A DNA stretch of 64,000 nt from Longimicrobiales bacterium (GCA_965226375.1 CBDDCX010000008.1:1888001-1952000), one strand, 5' to 3'; positions 10,188 to 20,552 are shown, counted from the stretch's first letter. Numbers and translations are program-made. The notes: generated by a model from the letters alone, not told the origin.

Positions 10188-11480
10188 GTGACGATGAAAC
10201 GATTCCGCGCAGGCCAGGCGATCCCTCTCCTCACCGCGCTGATCCTGTCAGCGCCCCTCCTTGCCCAGGAACTGCCCAGGGCCGTTCCGGAAGAGGTCGG
10301 CATGTCGTCGGAGCGACTGCATCTGTTGAGCGGCACCCTCCAGGGCTACGTCGATGAAGGCCGCCTGCCGGGAGCCGTTGTGATGGTCCTTCGGCGGGGC
10401 AAGATCGTGTACTCCGAGGCATTCGGCCATCGCGACCGTGAGGCCGAAGCCCAGATGACGACGGCCGCCATCTTCCGCATCGCATCCCAGACGAAGGCCC
10501 TCGTGAGCGTCGGGATCATGATGCTCCAAGAGGAGGGCGAGCTCCTCATTTCGGACTCCGTCTCGAAGCACCTCCCCGCTTTCGCGAACACGAGCGTGGC
10601 GATACCGACCGAGGCGGGCGGGTACGACGTAGTCGAGGCGAGCAGGGAGATCAGGGTCCGCGACCTTCTGACGCACACGGCCGGGATCGGGTACGGGGGC
10701 GGGCCGGGGAGCGATCGCTGGTCTGACGCGGAGATCACCGGATGGTATTTCGCTCACCGGGACGAGCCGGTCCGGACCACGGTCGACCGCATTGCCGGGC
10801 TCCCCTTCCCGGCCCAGCCGGGCGCGCAGTGGGTGTACGGCTACAACACCGACATCCTCGGTGCCGTGATCGAGGCGGTATCGGGACAGACGCTCGACGT
10901 GTTCCTCCAGCGGCGAATCCTGGATCCGCTAAACATGCGAGACACACACTTCTACCTGCCGCAGGATAAGAGTGAGCGCCTGGCGACCGTCTACAACCTC
11001 CGGAACGGGGAGAGCCTGACTCGAGCTCCGGACGGACCCGGGATGCAGACCCAGGGACAGTATGTGGATGGGCCGCGGACGAGTTTTTCCGGCGGCGCCG
11101 GTCTCCTCTCCACGGCGCGAGACTACTCCCGCTTTCTGCAGATGCTCTTGAACGGTGGTGAGCTCGAGGGGGCGCGCCTCCTGTCACCGACGAGCGTCGA
11201 CCTGATGACGACGAATCACGTGGCCGAGCTCTTCCCGTCCACGGGCATGGGATTCGGGCTCGGATTCTCGATTCGCCTCGATGTGGGCGCGGCGGGCCAG
11301 CATGGCTCAGCCGGTGAGTATGGCTGGGGCGGGGCGTATCACTCGACCTACTGGGTGGACCCCGTCGAGCAGCTGGTCGTCGCCTACTTCACACAGGTCA
11401 TTCCTGCATCGGGACTGGACGATCAGGAGAGACTCCGGGCCTTGGTCTACTCGGCGATCACCGAGAGAGGGGGTCACTGA
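10188..11480 (+). CDS. Serine hydrolase, beta-lactamase-like family
   Basis: SQTK (SxxK), LLTHTAG, YGY, WGG; signal peptide. Confidence 0.9.
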   Translation: MTMKRFRAGQAIPLLTALILSAPLLAQELPRAVPEEVGMSSERLHLLSGTLQGYVDEGRLPGAVVMVLRRGKIVYSEAFGHRDREAEAQMTTAAIFRIASQTKALVSVGIMMLQEEGELLISDSVSKHLPAFANTSVAIPTEAGGYDVVEASREIRVRDLLTHTAGIGYGGGPGSDRWSDAEITGWYFAHRDEPVRTTVDRIAGLPFPAQPGAQWVYGYNTDILGAVIEAVSGQTLDVFLQRRILDPLNMRDTHFYLPQDKSERLATVYNLRNGESLTRAPDGPGMQTQGQYVDGPRTSFSGGAGLLSTARDYSRFLQMLLNGGELEGARLLSPTSVDLMTTNHVAELFPSTGMGFGLGFSIRLDVGAAGQHGSAGEYGWGGAYHSTYWVDPVEQLVVAYFTQVIPASGLDDQERLRALVYSAITERGGH

Positions 11481-12084
11481 CGATACCCGCCCCCCGGGTC
11501 GCGTCGGCTACGGCGTCCCGAAATGCCCCCAGTCCGGGCTCGGGAACCCCACACACATAGCGCACATGTTCGCCGTAGTCCTCCGCCTCGACGGTGATCT
11601 CCATCTCTTCGAAGAGACGCTGCATCGTGTCCACATCGGCGTACCCGACCCTGACCTCGACCCACACGCGGTCGACCCTCTCGTCGGTGGGAAGCGATTC
11701 GAGTGCGAGCTTCACTCCACCCGAATACGCACGAGTGAGCCCTCCCGTGCCCAGCTTCACGCCACCGAAATAGCGAGTACACACGGCTACAATCTCGCCG
11801 ACGCCGCCGTGCAGGAGCGCGGTCAGCATCGGCCGGCCCGCCGTACCGTGAGGTTCACCGTCGTCGCTCATCCCGATGTGAGTCATGCTCCCGGGAGGTC
11901 CGGCAACGAACGCCCAAGAGTTGTGAGTCGCGTCCGGAAATTCGTCACCCACGCGCTCGACGAACGCGTGCGCGGCGTCGGCATCGGGGGCTGGCGCGGT
12001 GGTGGTGATGAAGCGGCTCCGCCGGATGGTCTCCTCGACCCGGTGGATTCCAGCCGGGATCGGATACCGTGAGGCGTCACTCAC
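11458..12084 (-). CDS. yigZ: YigZ/IMPACT family protein
   Basis: SDDGEPHGTAGRP and RYFGGVKLGTGGLTRAY motifs. Confidence 0.93.
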   Translation of the reverse strand: MSDASRYPIPAGIHRVEETIRRSRFITTTAPAPDADAAHAFVERVGDEFPDATHNSWAFVAGPPGSMTHIGMSDDGEPHGTAGRPMLTALLHGGVGEIVAVCTRYFGGVKLGTGGLTRAYSGGVKLALESLPTDERVDRVWVEVRVGYADVDTMQRLFEEMEITVEAEDYGEHVRYVCGVPEPGLGAFRDAVADATRGAGIVSDPLSR

Positions 12085-12099
12085 CGAATCAGGACGTGG

Positions 12100-12391
12100 T
12101 CAAGCCGTGCGCAACGTGGTCGTGACCTCCATGAGCGTGACTCGGCGCACGGGCAACCAACACGCCAACAGCGCCGTGAGGGTAAACACCACGGCCGCCC
12201 CGAAGAGCGTCAATGGGTCGGTGGGCTCCACACCCCACAGTAGCCCCTGTATGGCGCGCGTCAGTAGAGCTGCCAGACCCAAGCCGAGGACGAGGCCCCC
12301 GGCAAGAAGTCGCATGCCCTCTGCGATGACCATCGCACTCACCTCATCCGTACGTGCACCGAGCGCGCGCCGGATACCCAGCTCCAGCGCT
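12100..12391 (-). pseudogene. C-terminal fragment of ADOP/MacB-FtsX ABC permease
   Basis: ELGIRRALGA...LLWGVEPTDPLT...WLPVRR; the 5' part is missing. Confidence 0.8.
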
Positions 12392-13474
12392 CGGGCGGAG
12401 CCTGCGGGCCTGTCCGCGCAACAAGATCCCGCCAGGACCGGCTCGCGAACCCTGCCGACCGACTCTTGGACGTACGATGCGATCGAGCGCCTGCGGAACC
12501 GCGGATTCTTGGTGGAGGTCAACCCAACCGCGCAACCCTACCGGAGAATCGAGGTCGCAGCGGGATTGGTGGGAGTGGATCCCGAAGCTCATCCGGAGCC
12601 CGTCGCCTCATGGATCCGGATTCTCCGCGAGGCACTCGCCACCGAGTTGGAACGGCTCGAGGGTACGGACGAAGCAAGCACGCACGTAGGGGCCGAGATC
12701 CGCCTCGGGGGTACGGCAGCGGACAGCCGGCGTCGCGACCCGCTCGTGCCGTTCAGAAGTACGGAAGAGGAGACCATCGAGGATCGAGTATGGCCCTTCA
12801 ACGCCGAGAGCGCATGGCTCGAAACGCACAGCGCCGCGGTCGTTGTCAACCTCTACGCCGACCACTGGAACTACTCGGACAGCGGAGACCCCGACGGCAC
12901 GTCGCCCGGCGGATTCCTCTATCTGCTCCGCCGGAGTGACGACGCCTATGTGACCGCGGCCTTCCCATGGGGGGATGTGTGGTTGGGCAGGATGCGCCGG
13001 AACTGGGGCCCCATTGGGCAACCAGGTCTGATGGTGTCCGACAATCCAGTGGCGTACCCGCAGTTCGGACTGGATATCGGCCGCGGGAAAGTCTCGGTCC
13101 ACTTCTTCTCGGGTGAACTCGAGCCGATCGAAGGCCGCACCCGCCACTTCATGGCGAACAGGGTCGACTATGGCACGCCCAACTTCTGGATTTCGATGGG
13201 TGAGGCGAAGGTCTTCTCGGCGGATCGTCCCTCCACGTTTCGGTTCCTGAACCCGGCGGAGCTGCTGATCTTCGATCACGACAGTGAGCCGGCGGACGTC
13301 ACCGGGAACTTGATGTTCAACGGCCTGCTGTGGGCACGACTGGGAACAACCACTTTCCAGGGCGAGCTCGTCATCGACGACTTCGACCTCTTTTCGTTTC
13401 GGCAGGGAACGAGCAGCGAGGGGGAGCCGATCAACTTCCACTTGAAGTCAAAAGGGGAGGAGGAGCTCGAGTGA
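12392..13474 (+). pseudogene. Capsule assembly Wzi-like outer membrane protein, truncated at both ends
   Basis: WTYDAIERLRNRG...QPYRR, GRMRRNWGP, GLMVSDN; no start codon; the reading frame runs into the soxR promoter. Confidence 0.6.
13430..13453 (-). promoter_or_regulatory. Partial SoxR box with -35 (TTGACT) of the promoter divergent from soxR
   Basis: Minus strand TTGACTTCAAGTGGAAGTTGA, similar to the intact box at 18550; no -10 recognisable beyond the junction. Confidence 0.55.
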
Positions 13475-13917
13475 CCAAACACACAGACCTACTGACCATC
13501 GGCGAGTTGGCGGCAAGGGCCGGGGTGAATACGTCGGCTCTACGCTTCTACGAGGAGAGGGGACTCATCTTCTCCCGTCGAACCGACGGAAACCAGCGTC
13601 GCTATGAGCGAGCCATGCTCCGGCGAGTGGGCGTGATCATGGCCGCGCAGGCGGTCGGCATTTCCCTGAAGATGGTCAAGGAAACGCTCGACACGCTGCC
13701 GAGTGGTCGCACACCGACGCAGAAGGACTGGGAGCGTCTATCGCGGGATTGGCGGGACGAGTTGGAAGCCCGCATCGGCGAACTCGAGCGTTTGAGGGAC
13801 AAACTCACCTCGTGCATCGGGTGCGGGTGCCTCTCACTCGAGGCGTGCCAACTATTGAACCCACAGGACAAGGCCGCCCGGAACGGCCCGGGCCCTCGGT
13901 GGGTGCTTTCCCGGTAG
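13471..13917 (+). CDS. soxR: Redox-sensitive transcriptional activator SoxR
   Basis: MerR HTH (LTIGELAARAGV...RFYE...GNQRRY) and CIGCGCLSLEAC [2Fe-2S] motif; GTG start with GGAGG. Confidence 0.95.
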   Translation: MTKHTDLLTIGELAARAGVNTSALRFYEERGLIFSRRTDGNQRRYERAMLRRVGVIMAAQAVGISLKMVKETLDTLPSGRTPTQKDWERLSRDWRDELEARIGELERLRDKLTSCIGCGCLSLEACQLLNPQDKAARNGPGPRWVLSR

Positions 13918-13972
13918 GGCACGAATCCCCGTTCTTGAAGCGCGCGATGGGGTCTGGACTTCACGAGCGATC

Positions 13973-14683
13973 GTGACCATCTCTCACTCTGCTCTTTCCC
14001 CAAGCACCTCAATCCTCATCCGAATGCCACTCCTCCCGTCCTGGTCCTTTCTCCGGCATATGCTTCGTCTGCAGGTCGGGCTATTCCTCTTCGGCTGCGC
14101 TGTCGCGGTCATGCTGGGGGCGCAGATAGGACTCGATCCGTGGTCGGCACTTCACGAGGGAATCAGCAGCCGGCTCGGATGGTCCTTCGGTCGGGTCACA
14201 CAGACCGTTGGAGCGCTCTTGATCCTGACCAGTTGGCTTTCCCTCGGAGTGCGGCCCGGCATCGGAACCGTTTTCAATATGGCCCTCGTGGGTCCGTGGA
14301 TCGACCTACTTCGTCTGCAAGCATGGTTTCCATATGCCACAGACAGAATTCTGGGATCCGTGCAGTTCCTGATCGGGCTACTCATGATGGGTCTCGCATC
14401 GGCTGTCTACATCGGAGCACGGCTCGGTGCCGGACCACGCGACGGGTTCGTCCTGGGTCTCTCTCGCCGGTCGGGCTGGAGCATCCGGGCGACTCGGATC
14501 AGGATCGACGTGGCGGTGTTTGGGCTCGCCGTCCTGATCGGTGGCTCCGTAGGCCTGGGCACCGTCCTCTTCGCCTTGCTGATGGGGCCCATCATGCAGG
14601 CCTCACTCAAGATGTTCCGTGTCTCGAGTGACCCGTCTCCTAGCTACACATCTGCCATTTTGGCAGATGTTGATACCGGGTGA
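13973..14683 (+). CDS. YczE/YyaS/YitT family membrane protein
   Basis: GLDPWSALH, PGIGTV and LGAGPRDG motifs; true start may be 14024. Confidence 0.85.
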   Translation: MTISHSALSPSTSILIRMPLLPSWSFLRHMLRLQVGLFLFGCAVAVMLGAQIGLDPWSALHEGISSRLGWSFGRVTQTVGALLILTSWLSLGVRPGIGTVFNMALVGPWIDLLRLQAWFPYATDRILGSVQFLIGLLMMGLASAVYIGARLGAGPRDGFVLGLSRRSGWSIRATRIRIDVAVFGLAVLIGGSVGLGTVLFALLMGPIMQASLKMFRVSSDPSPSYTSAILADVDTG

Positions 14684-14708
14684 GTTCGGAATAGCCGGTA
14701 CGCGGTGC

Positions 14709-16004
14709 CTAGAAGAAGAAGAACCGCTGTCCACCTCCTCCGAAACGTGGATTGACGATGTTGTTGAAGATCGAACCGAAGGTGAAGCGGAGGCTGATGT
14801 TCGTGAAGTAGTCGAAGTCCGTCTCCAGGGTGCGACGGCGCAATAACACGTCTTCGTCGCTGGCGCCGCTCTGAGCCAGAAAAACCTGGTCCCGAAGCCG
14901 CGAGATGTTGCCGAAGAAGTTGATCGAGAGCCCTCGAACGATCCGGAAGTTCGCGTTGGTGAACAGGCTCAGCCGGTTCTTCTTTAAGTCGTCGAGAAAG
15001 TGGGAGGCGGTAAGGGACGTGGACACAGATCCCCACGGTTGCCTGAGACTCAGCCCCGCGGTCAGACTCTCTTCAAATATCGTCTCTTCCGTCACTTCGA
15101 AGATCGTCTCCTCGTTGTAACGAACTCGATCCATCCCGACATGATACTGTAGCGTCAGCTGACGCCGGCTCGACTCGGAGTAGGGGAAGATGTTGTACTC
15201 CACGGTCGGCTGAACGCTGATCCGAAGGTCTGTGTTGTCAAAGGTGTTTGCCGTGACTGAGGCCCTCCCCCCCACTCCCCAATGGTCGCCGGCACTCTTG
15301 ACCAAGAGCACGTCGGAACCCGAGCTGCGACGGATGCTCGTGACCGTGGAACTGTCCCTGAGTTCGAACTTATCCTCCGAATACCGCAGGCGGGTGGCCC
15401 ACTCGAACTTCCACGCTTCTGACGTGCGGTTGACTGTGACGGATCCGTTCCCACTGGCCGACGACGTCCGGGACTGACCTCTGGCCGACCCACCCACGCC
15501 GACCGTGAAGACCCACAAGTTCCACGGGTCGTTCTCGGGAGTCACCTGGTCCTCCGCCTCTGGACCCTCAACTCCGGCCGCTCGATACTGGATCCGAAGG
15601 TACTCGGCGGCTGGTGTACTAGCCGCGTACGTGACGAGACCCAGTCCGAGTTTCTCGATGAGCCCCCTGCGGCGTTCGTCCGAGGTGTCCGTGGACGAAG
15701 CCGAGTGGCTGAGGTCGTGGTCATCGCCCAGGAACCGCCCCAGCCCGATGAAGCGAATGTCGTAGGCCGTGCCCGAGCCCGCCTCAGCCGACGAGATCAA
15801 CACGTGCACGTCGGCGTCCTCGCGATTCCTGACCCATGCGACCCAGGTGATCTCCCTCCGGGTCAGATCGAAGTCGCACCCGAAGGTCTGGCAGTCCAGA
15901 AAGACTCTGATTCGCTGGGTATCTCCCACTTCCTGTGCAAGAAGTGGCGTACCTCCTCCTAAGATGAACAGAACCATCGCGCATACAGTCGTGCGTTGCC
16001 CCAT
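14709..16004 (-). CDS. Hypothetical outer-membrane beta-barrel protein
   Basis: Signal peptide, VFLDC..CD domain, DPWNLWVF, terminal FGSIFNNIVNPRF. Confidence 0.75.
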   Translation of the reverse strand: MGQRTTVCAMVLFILGGGTPLLAQEVGDTQRIRVFLDCQTFGCDFDLTRREITWVAWVRNREDADVHVLISSAEAGSGTAYDIRFIGLGRFLGDDHDLSHSASSTDTSDERRRGLIEKLGLGLVTYAASTPAAEYLRIQYRAAGVEGPEAEDQVTPENDPWNLWVFTVGVGGSARGQSRTSSASGNGSVTVNRTSEAWKFEWATRLRYSEDKFELRDSSTVTSIRRSSGSDVLLVKSAGDHWGVGGRASVTANTFDNTDLRISVQPTVEYNIFPYSESSRRQLTLQYHVGMDRVRYNEETIFEVTEETIFEESLTAGLSLRQPWGSVSTSLTASHFLDDLKKNRLSLFTNANFRIVRGLSINFFGNISRLRDQVFLAQSGASDEDVLLRRRTLETDFDYFTNISLRFTFGSIFNNIVNPRFGGGGQRFFFF

Positions 16005-16414
16005 CGATACCCCCTCGCCCTTCGTGATGTGACCTCACCCCACTACTCTGACGGGAGACGGCACGAGCCTGCCCGCCCAGGAGGGAGCAGGTCTGGCGAC
16101 AGTCGTCTTGTAGGCGAGTCGGCAGCAAGAGGCATGCCGATCACCGATCCTTGGAATTCGGCTGTTTCGTTGACCCCATGGGTCGATCAGTGACCGGAAT
16201 GCGGGACACCGGTGTCACGCCGCGTGGACGTAACGATCGTGGCGACCGCACAAGTGTCTCTAAGGTGGGCCTGACGGTGGGAGGCGTTCTCGCCCGGGCC
16301 GTCGGTGGCCGGACACCGCCCGAGGGTGAGCGGTACTCCGTGTCACAAAACAGTGCCTCCGTTCGTCTTATCTTACGGAGACATCCCGCGGACTATCTGG
16401 CTGAGACGCACACC

Positions 16415-17701
16415 ATGTTCCCTCACCGTACATCGGTCGGAGCCTTCGTTGCCGTTCTATCGCTCTGCGTAGTCGGCTGCAGCGACACCACCGGTCCGGG
16501 CGAGGACGACCGCATTTTGGAGCTGCCCCGAGCTCTGACCACCACCGAAATCTCCGTGATCGCCCGTTCCAACGCCTTCGGGCTGGAGCTGGTCCGGGAG
16601 ATGGCCGAGCGGGACGAACGGCCGAACATCGTGCTGTCACCCCTGAGCGCGTCCATGGCTCTGGGCATGACCCTGAACGGCGCGGCCGGCGAGACCTTCG
16701 AGGCGATGCGGGCGACCCTCGGCTTCGACGGGCTCTCCATGCAGGAGATCAACGACTCCTACCAGAGTCTCATCGACCTATTGGTAGGGTCGGACCCCCA
16801 GGTGGAGTTCACGATCGCGAACTCCGTGTGGGCGAACGCCGACGTACTGTTCCACGACTCCTTCTTTCAATCCGTGACCGACGCATTCGACGCCCGGGTG
16901 GAGTCTCGGGACTTCGGAGCCGGCCCGACTCTCGAGGAGATCAACGGCTGGGTGAAGGAGCAGACCAACGGTCGGATCGACCGGATTCTGGACGCACTAG
17001 ACCCGGATCTAAAGATGCTTCTCCTCAACGCCATCTTCTTCGACGGTTCCTGGACGACACGCTTCGATCCGGACCTGACGCAGCCCCGGGACTTCCGCCG
17101 CGCCGATGGCTCGGTCGTGAGCGTCGAGACGATGTTCTTGGGCAACGAAACTCTTCCTCACACGAGGACCAGCGAACTTTCAGCCGTCGAACTCACTTAT
17201 GGTGGTGGGGCCTACTCGATGGTCGTGATCGTTCCTCAACCGCCCAATGACGCCCGGTCCCTCCTGGCTACGCTAGACGACACGCAGTGGGAATCGATCA
17301 TGGATGCGCTCACATCAGGCCATCTGGACCAGTTCTCGATGCCGAAGCTGACACTAGAGTATGACGGCCTCCTGAATGAACCCCTGAAAGAGATGGGGAT
17401 GGGCATCGCGTTCCACCCTGGAGCCGACTTCACGGAGATGTCTCCCGAAGGGGATCAGTTCTGCATCAGCTTCGTCCGCCAGAAGACCTTTATCGAGGTG
17501 GACGAAGAAGGAACGACGGCTGCGGCGGTAACCGCCGTGGGTGTCGGTCCCGCCTCATTCAGCGCCATCGACGTCGACCGCCCCTTCGTCTTCGCCATTC
17601 GGGAGCGACTCTCCGGTACTATTCTCTTCATGGGGGTGGTGGGAGACCCGACGGCGGAGGATTCGGGGCCGGCGGCGGTGTCGACGGACTGCGTCGGCTG
17701 A
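16415..17701 (+). CDS. Serpin family lipoprotein
   Basis: Lipobox VGC; SPLSASMAL, NAIFFDGSW, hinge DEEGTTAAAVT, DRPFVF. Confidence 0.93.
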   Translation: MFPHRTSVGAFVAVLSLCVVGCSDTTGPGEDDRILELPRALTTTEISVIARSNAFGLELVREMAERDERPNIVLSPLSASMALGMTLNGAAGETFEAMRATLGFDGLSMQEINDSYQSLIDLLVGSDPQVEFTIANSVWANADVLFHDSFFQSVTDAFDARVESRDFGAGPTLEEINGWVKEQTNGRIDRILDALDPDLKMLLLNAIFFDGSWTTRFDPDLTQPRDFRRADGSVVSVETMFLGNETLPHTRTSELSAVELTYGGGAYSMVVIVPQPPNDARSLLATLDDTQWESIMDALTSGHLDQFSMPKLTLEYDGLLNEPLKEMGMGIAFHPGADFTEMSPEGDQFCISFVRQKTFIEVDEEGTTAAAVTAVGVGPASFSAIDVDRPFVFAIRERLSGTILFMGVVGDPTAEDSGPAAVSTDCVG

Positions 17702-17739
17702 AGTATCCGGCGGGGACCGAGGGATCCTACACACCGGCC

Positions 17740-17860
17740 CTAGACGCCAGCCACCAGCTCCTTGAGGCGGTCCTCAACGTAGGTGTTCATGGAGACATGC
17801 TGTGCCGCCGCGCCCGTAGCGAGGGCGCGATGTATAGCGTCAATAGGGGCAGACCTCGTA
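17740..17860 (-). pseudogene. Possible HicB-like ribbon-helix-helix C-terminal remnant
   Basis: IHRALATGAAAQHVSMNTYVEDRL resembles HicB C-termini; no N-terminus. Confidence 0.4.
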
Positions 17861-17939
17861 TCACCGCGCACTCCTACGCCCCTCACGGTTGCCGCCGGGG
17901 CGGGACAAGCGCACGAGACGCCGCCGCCCGCCCAAGAGC

Positions 17940-18482
17940 CTACGGCAGGTAGCGCTCGGGCAAGGGATTGTTCTCCTGCTCCCCCGTCCAGACCATGGTG
18001 ACGATCTTCCATCCTTCGTCGGTGTTGGCCAGTTGGAAGGCGGCTGCGCCCCGACCTGTTTCCGGCCCTCCACGCGACCGGCGAGCCACATAGCTCGTGA
18101 ATACGCTAGCTAGCGACGCCACCGTACGACTCGGTCACATCGTGGATCATCTCCTCGACGAATCCACGGCCGTCGATGCCGAGTCCGCTCTGGACGATCC
18201 ACTCCGGCACGCTCCAGGTGCGGGTGTCGTCGGGGCTCGCCAGCTCGGCCCTGACGCTGACGAATCGGGCTCCGGGCATGAACAGGGTCGACCACTCCTG
18301 CCAGTCGCGATCCTCGCCCTCGTCTCCAGACATGCCCGTGTAGAGTGCCTCGACGGTTTGGAGGATGCTCGGTCTGGGTGCTGAGCCGCGAGTGCCGTCG
18401 GACCGGCCACGGTGCCGATCAGGGGTACCATCAAAGTCGAAGCAGCAAACAATGTGCTGCGGAACTGGAGACCACACTTCAT
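17940..18482 (-). pseudogene. Secreted NTF2-like (SnoaL/DUF4440-type) protein with two frameshifts
   Basis: Three frames join: MKCGLQFRS signal; ALYTGMSG..RDW..LFMPGAR..FVEEMIH; ASVFTSY..FQLANTDEGWKIV. One shift is a 4-bp duplication at 18106-18113. Confidence 0.75.
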
Positions 18483-18541
18483 CGTCTTCACCCCTCCGTC
18501 ACTGGTTCTCGGCAACCCAGGCAGGTCCCGGGAGCTTCCGG

Positions 18542-18572
18542 ACGTTACAACTTCAAGTAAGCTTGAAGTCAA
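18542..18572 (-). promoter_or_regulatory. MerR-type promoter with SoxR box
   Basis: TTGACT-19 nt-TAACGT containing the dyad ACTTCAAG-N4-CTTGAAGT (18550-18569). Confidence 0.85.
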
Positions 18573-18628
18573 GGGTGGGCGAGCAGGGCAGCACCTGGGC
18601 CGCTGCGGAATTCCAGAAAGCGGGTCCG

Positions 18629-19771
18629 CTAGGGCGTCCCGAACAGTCCCGTACTGGGATGGAACGTCGCCCAGGCGAACCAGAACGAAACGAACGCATC
18701 TGGAACCAACTCGAGGACGGAGCCCGAGAGAGGACCGGAGATGGCCGTCCCCTGCAGAGTCCATTCGCTCCCGTTTTCCACGTCGAAAAAGCCATCGTCC
18801 CGTGCCTCGAACGTGAGCGCTTGGCCGTTTACCCTCGGCACGAACGCTACCGCAGCCGCGGCATCGGTTGACCAGAATACCACGATGGAGCGGGTTCCCT
18901 GGACGTCATCGTGGACCACCGCTTTGTCGCCCAGATCGTTGAGCAGAGTGAAGGGAAACGCCATCCCGAAGCCGTCGTCACGTGGAATGCCGAGAACCCG
19001 TTCTTTTGGGGGACGCCGCGGATCGTGCGTGCCCTGCGGAAATACGGTCTCTCCGTTGTTGAGAACTGCGTAGTCACCGTACGGATAGAATTCGTAGTCC
19101 CGATCGATGCCCAGCACGCCTGAGACGACAGTGGTCGTGGGGTGCAGCGACTCCCAAGCGTCCCAACGCATTTCGATCGAAGGATACATCGGCAAAGCCT
19201 CGCCGTCGCGAGGACCACAGCGAGCCCCACGCAGGAACTGGGGAAACCACGACTCCTGCCCTCCGTCTTGCCTCCGGTCGAACATGATCAGGTTGTTCTT
19301 GTAGACCAGACCCGAAACCCCGAAGTCGCGTCCCTCGATTGTCGAGCGATCGAAGACCATGCTGGACCCCGTCAAGGGGCAGTACGTGATGGCGAGCTTA
19401 ACTCCGCTGTGCCCGAAATTCAGGATCTCATGGTGCCACAGGATGTTGTGCGGAATCGCGAAAAACTCGCCCGCTATCTCCAGACCGATCACCCGATCGA
19501 ATTCCCTCAGATACCCGACATCCTCATGATCAGGGGCAAGGAAGGGCGGGTTCAGCAGCGCCGGAATTCCACCTCTCGCCACACCGCCAGAGACGATATC
19601 TGCTTCGGGGATGCTGCAGAACGTCGCCACCGACGGTGGACCATCGTCCTGGTTAGGGGGAGAGGTCCCGTCACCCCCGCCACACGCCGAAATGGCCAGG
19701 GCGATCGCGGCCACGACGGCCACTCTGGCTCCCAGGGTTTGGGGGTCGCGCACGAAATCGGCACAAGCCAC
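18629..19771 (-). CDS. DUF3179 domain lipoprotein
   Basis: Lipobox ISAC; GIPALLNP, WHHEILN, TYCPLTGS, FGVSG, FWFAW. Confidence 0.9.
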   Translation of the reverse strand: MACADFVRDPQTLGARVAVVAAIALAISACGGGDGTSPPNQDDGPPSVATFCSIPEADIVSGGVARGGIPALLNPPFLAPDHEDVGYLREFDRVIGLEIAGEFFAIPHNILWHHEILNFGHSGVKLAITYCPLTGSSMVFDRSTIEGRDFGVSGLVYKNNLIMFDRRQDGGQESWFPQFLRGARCGPRDGEALPMYPSIEMRWDAWESLHPTTTVVSGVLGIDRDYEFYPYGDYAVLNNGETVFPQGTHDPRRPPKERVLGIPRDDGFGMAFPFTLLNDLGDKAVVHDDVQGTRSIVVFWSTDAAAAVAFVPRVNGQALTFEARDDGFFDVENGSEWTLQGTAISGPLSGSVLELVPDAFVSFWFAWATFHPSTGLFGTP

Positions 19772-20090
19772 TAGTTTCCACCTTGCAAGGGATGTAGCAC
19801 TTGTTGTTAACTCTCGACGACGGTGAGGGGTTCCCTCGGGTTAAGGCTGAGTTTCCCCACCCCGGAGTAACTACGCAACTAATCTTGAAACGACTTCACA
19901 TCTCTTTGGGGAAACCCTGACGAAGCGCATTAGGGAGCACGTATCTTTTGCTTCGAAACATACGTACGGCGGAATCAATCAGGGGTATAGGGGCCTGGAA
20001 CACACACCAAGAGCCTGGTGTCGCTGAGGTCAGCCCACATCACACCAGAGACCACCAGATGACCGAGCTATCCGCCCATTCCAGGCTGGC

Positions 20091-20552
20091 TCAGCCGGGT
20101 GGCTGCGGCCCATCCAGCATCCGCGCCAGAGCCCTAAACGTCAGCGCCGCGCAGGCGCGGTCACCGAGCTCCAGACAGGTGTCGCCCAGCAACCGATATC
20201 CATCGGGCTCGACGGGATCGACCACGACGGCCTTACTGAGGAGACGCACCGCCAGCCCCGTCTGACCGAGCCGGAGGGCTACGCGGCCGGCGCCCCTGAG
20301 CACAGCGCCCTCGGGAGTCGATAGATCGTGCGAATTCCAGGCCCTGACGCGTGCAATCGCGGCCAGCGCACCGGACCTCTCGGATGAGGCGGACGCGACA
20401 CCCGAGTCCAGACCCTCACCCCACATTCCCATCCCTGGCGCCGCGATCCCCAGAGCCACGATGCCCACCGCGATGAGCGGCCACAGCCCGCTAATCCCGC
20501 CTCTGGTCCGGCAACACGATCCCGTGTCGCACCTCTCACACCTCTGCCTCAT
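20091..20552 (-). CDS. Hypothetical TPR-like protein
   Basis: Hydrophobic N-terminal segment and C-terminal TPR-like helices; directly downstream of the HEAT gene. Confidence 0.5.
   Translation of the reverse strand: MRQRCERCDTGSCCRTRGGISGLWPLIAVGIVALGIAAPGMGMWGEGLDSGVASASSERSGALAAIARVRAWNSHDLSTPEGAVLRGAGRVALRLGQTGLAVRLLSKAVVVDPVEPDGYRLLGDTCLELGDRACAALTFRALARMLDGPQPPG

Noticed and set aside
11999..13474. 491-aa ORF as a single real gene
   Set aside because: Its first ~130 codons are antisense of yigZ and the ADOP fragment.
18629..19771. DUF3179 as a selenoprotein
   Set aside because: The ORF is uninterrupted, with Cys in TYCPL and no in-frame TGA.
19800..19930. GGGGTTCCCT / GGGGAAACCC dyads, and TACGTACTATGGCGTA at 1635-1650, as NarL/LuxR sites
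   Set aside because: Short and degenerate, with no cognate regulator in the window; not supportable.
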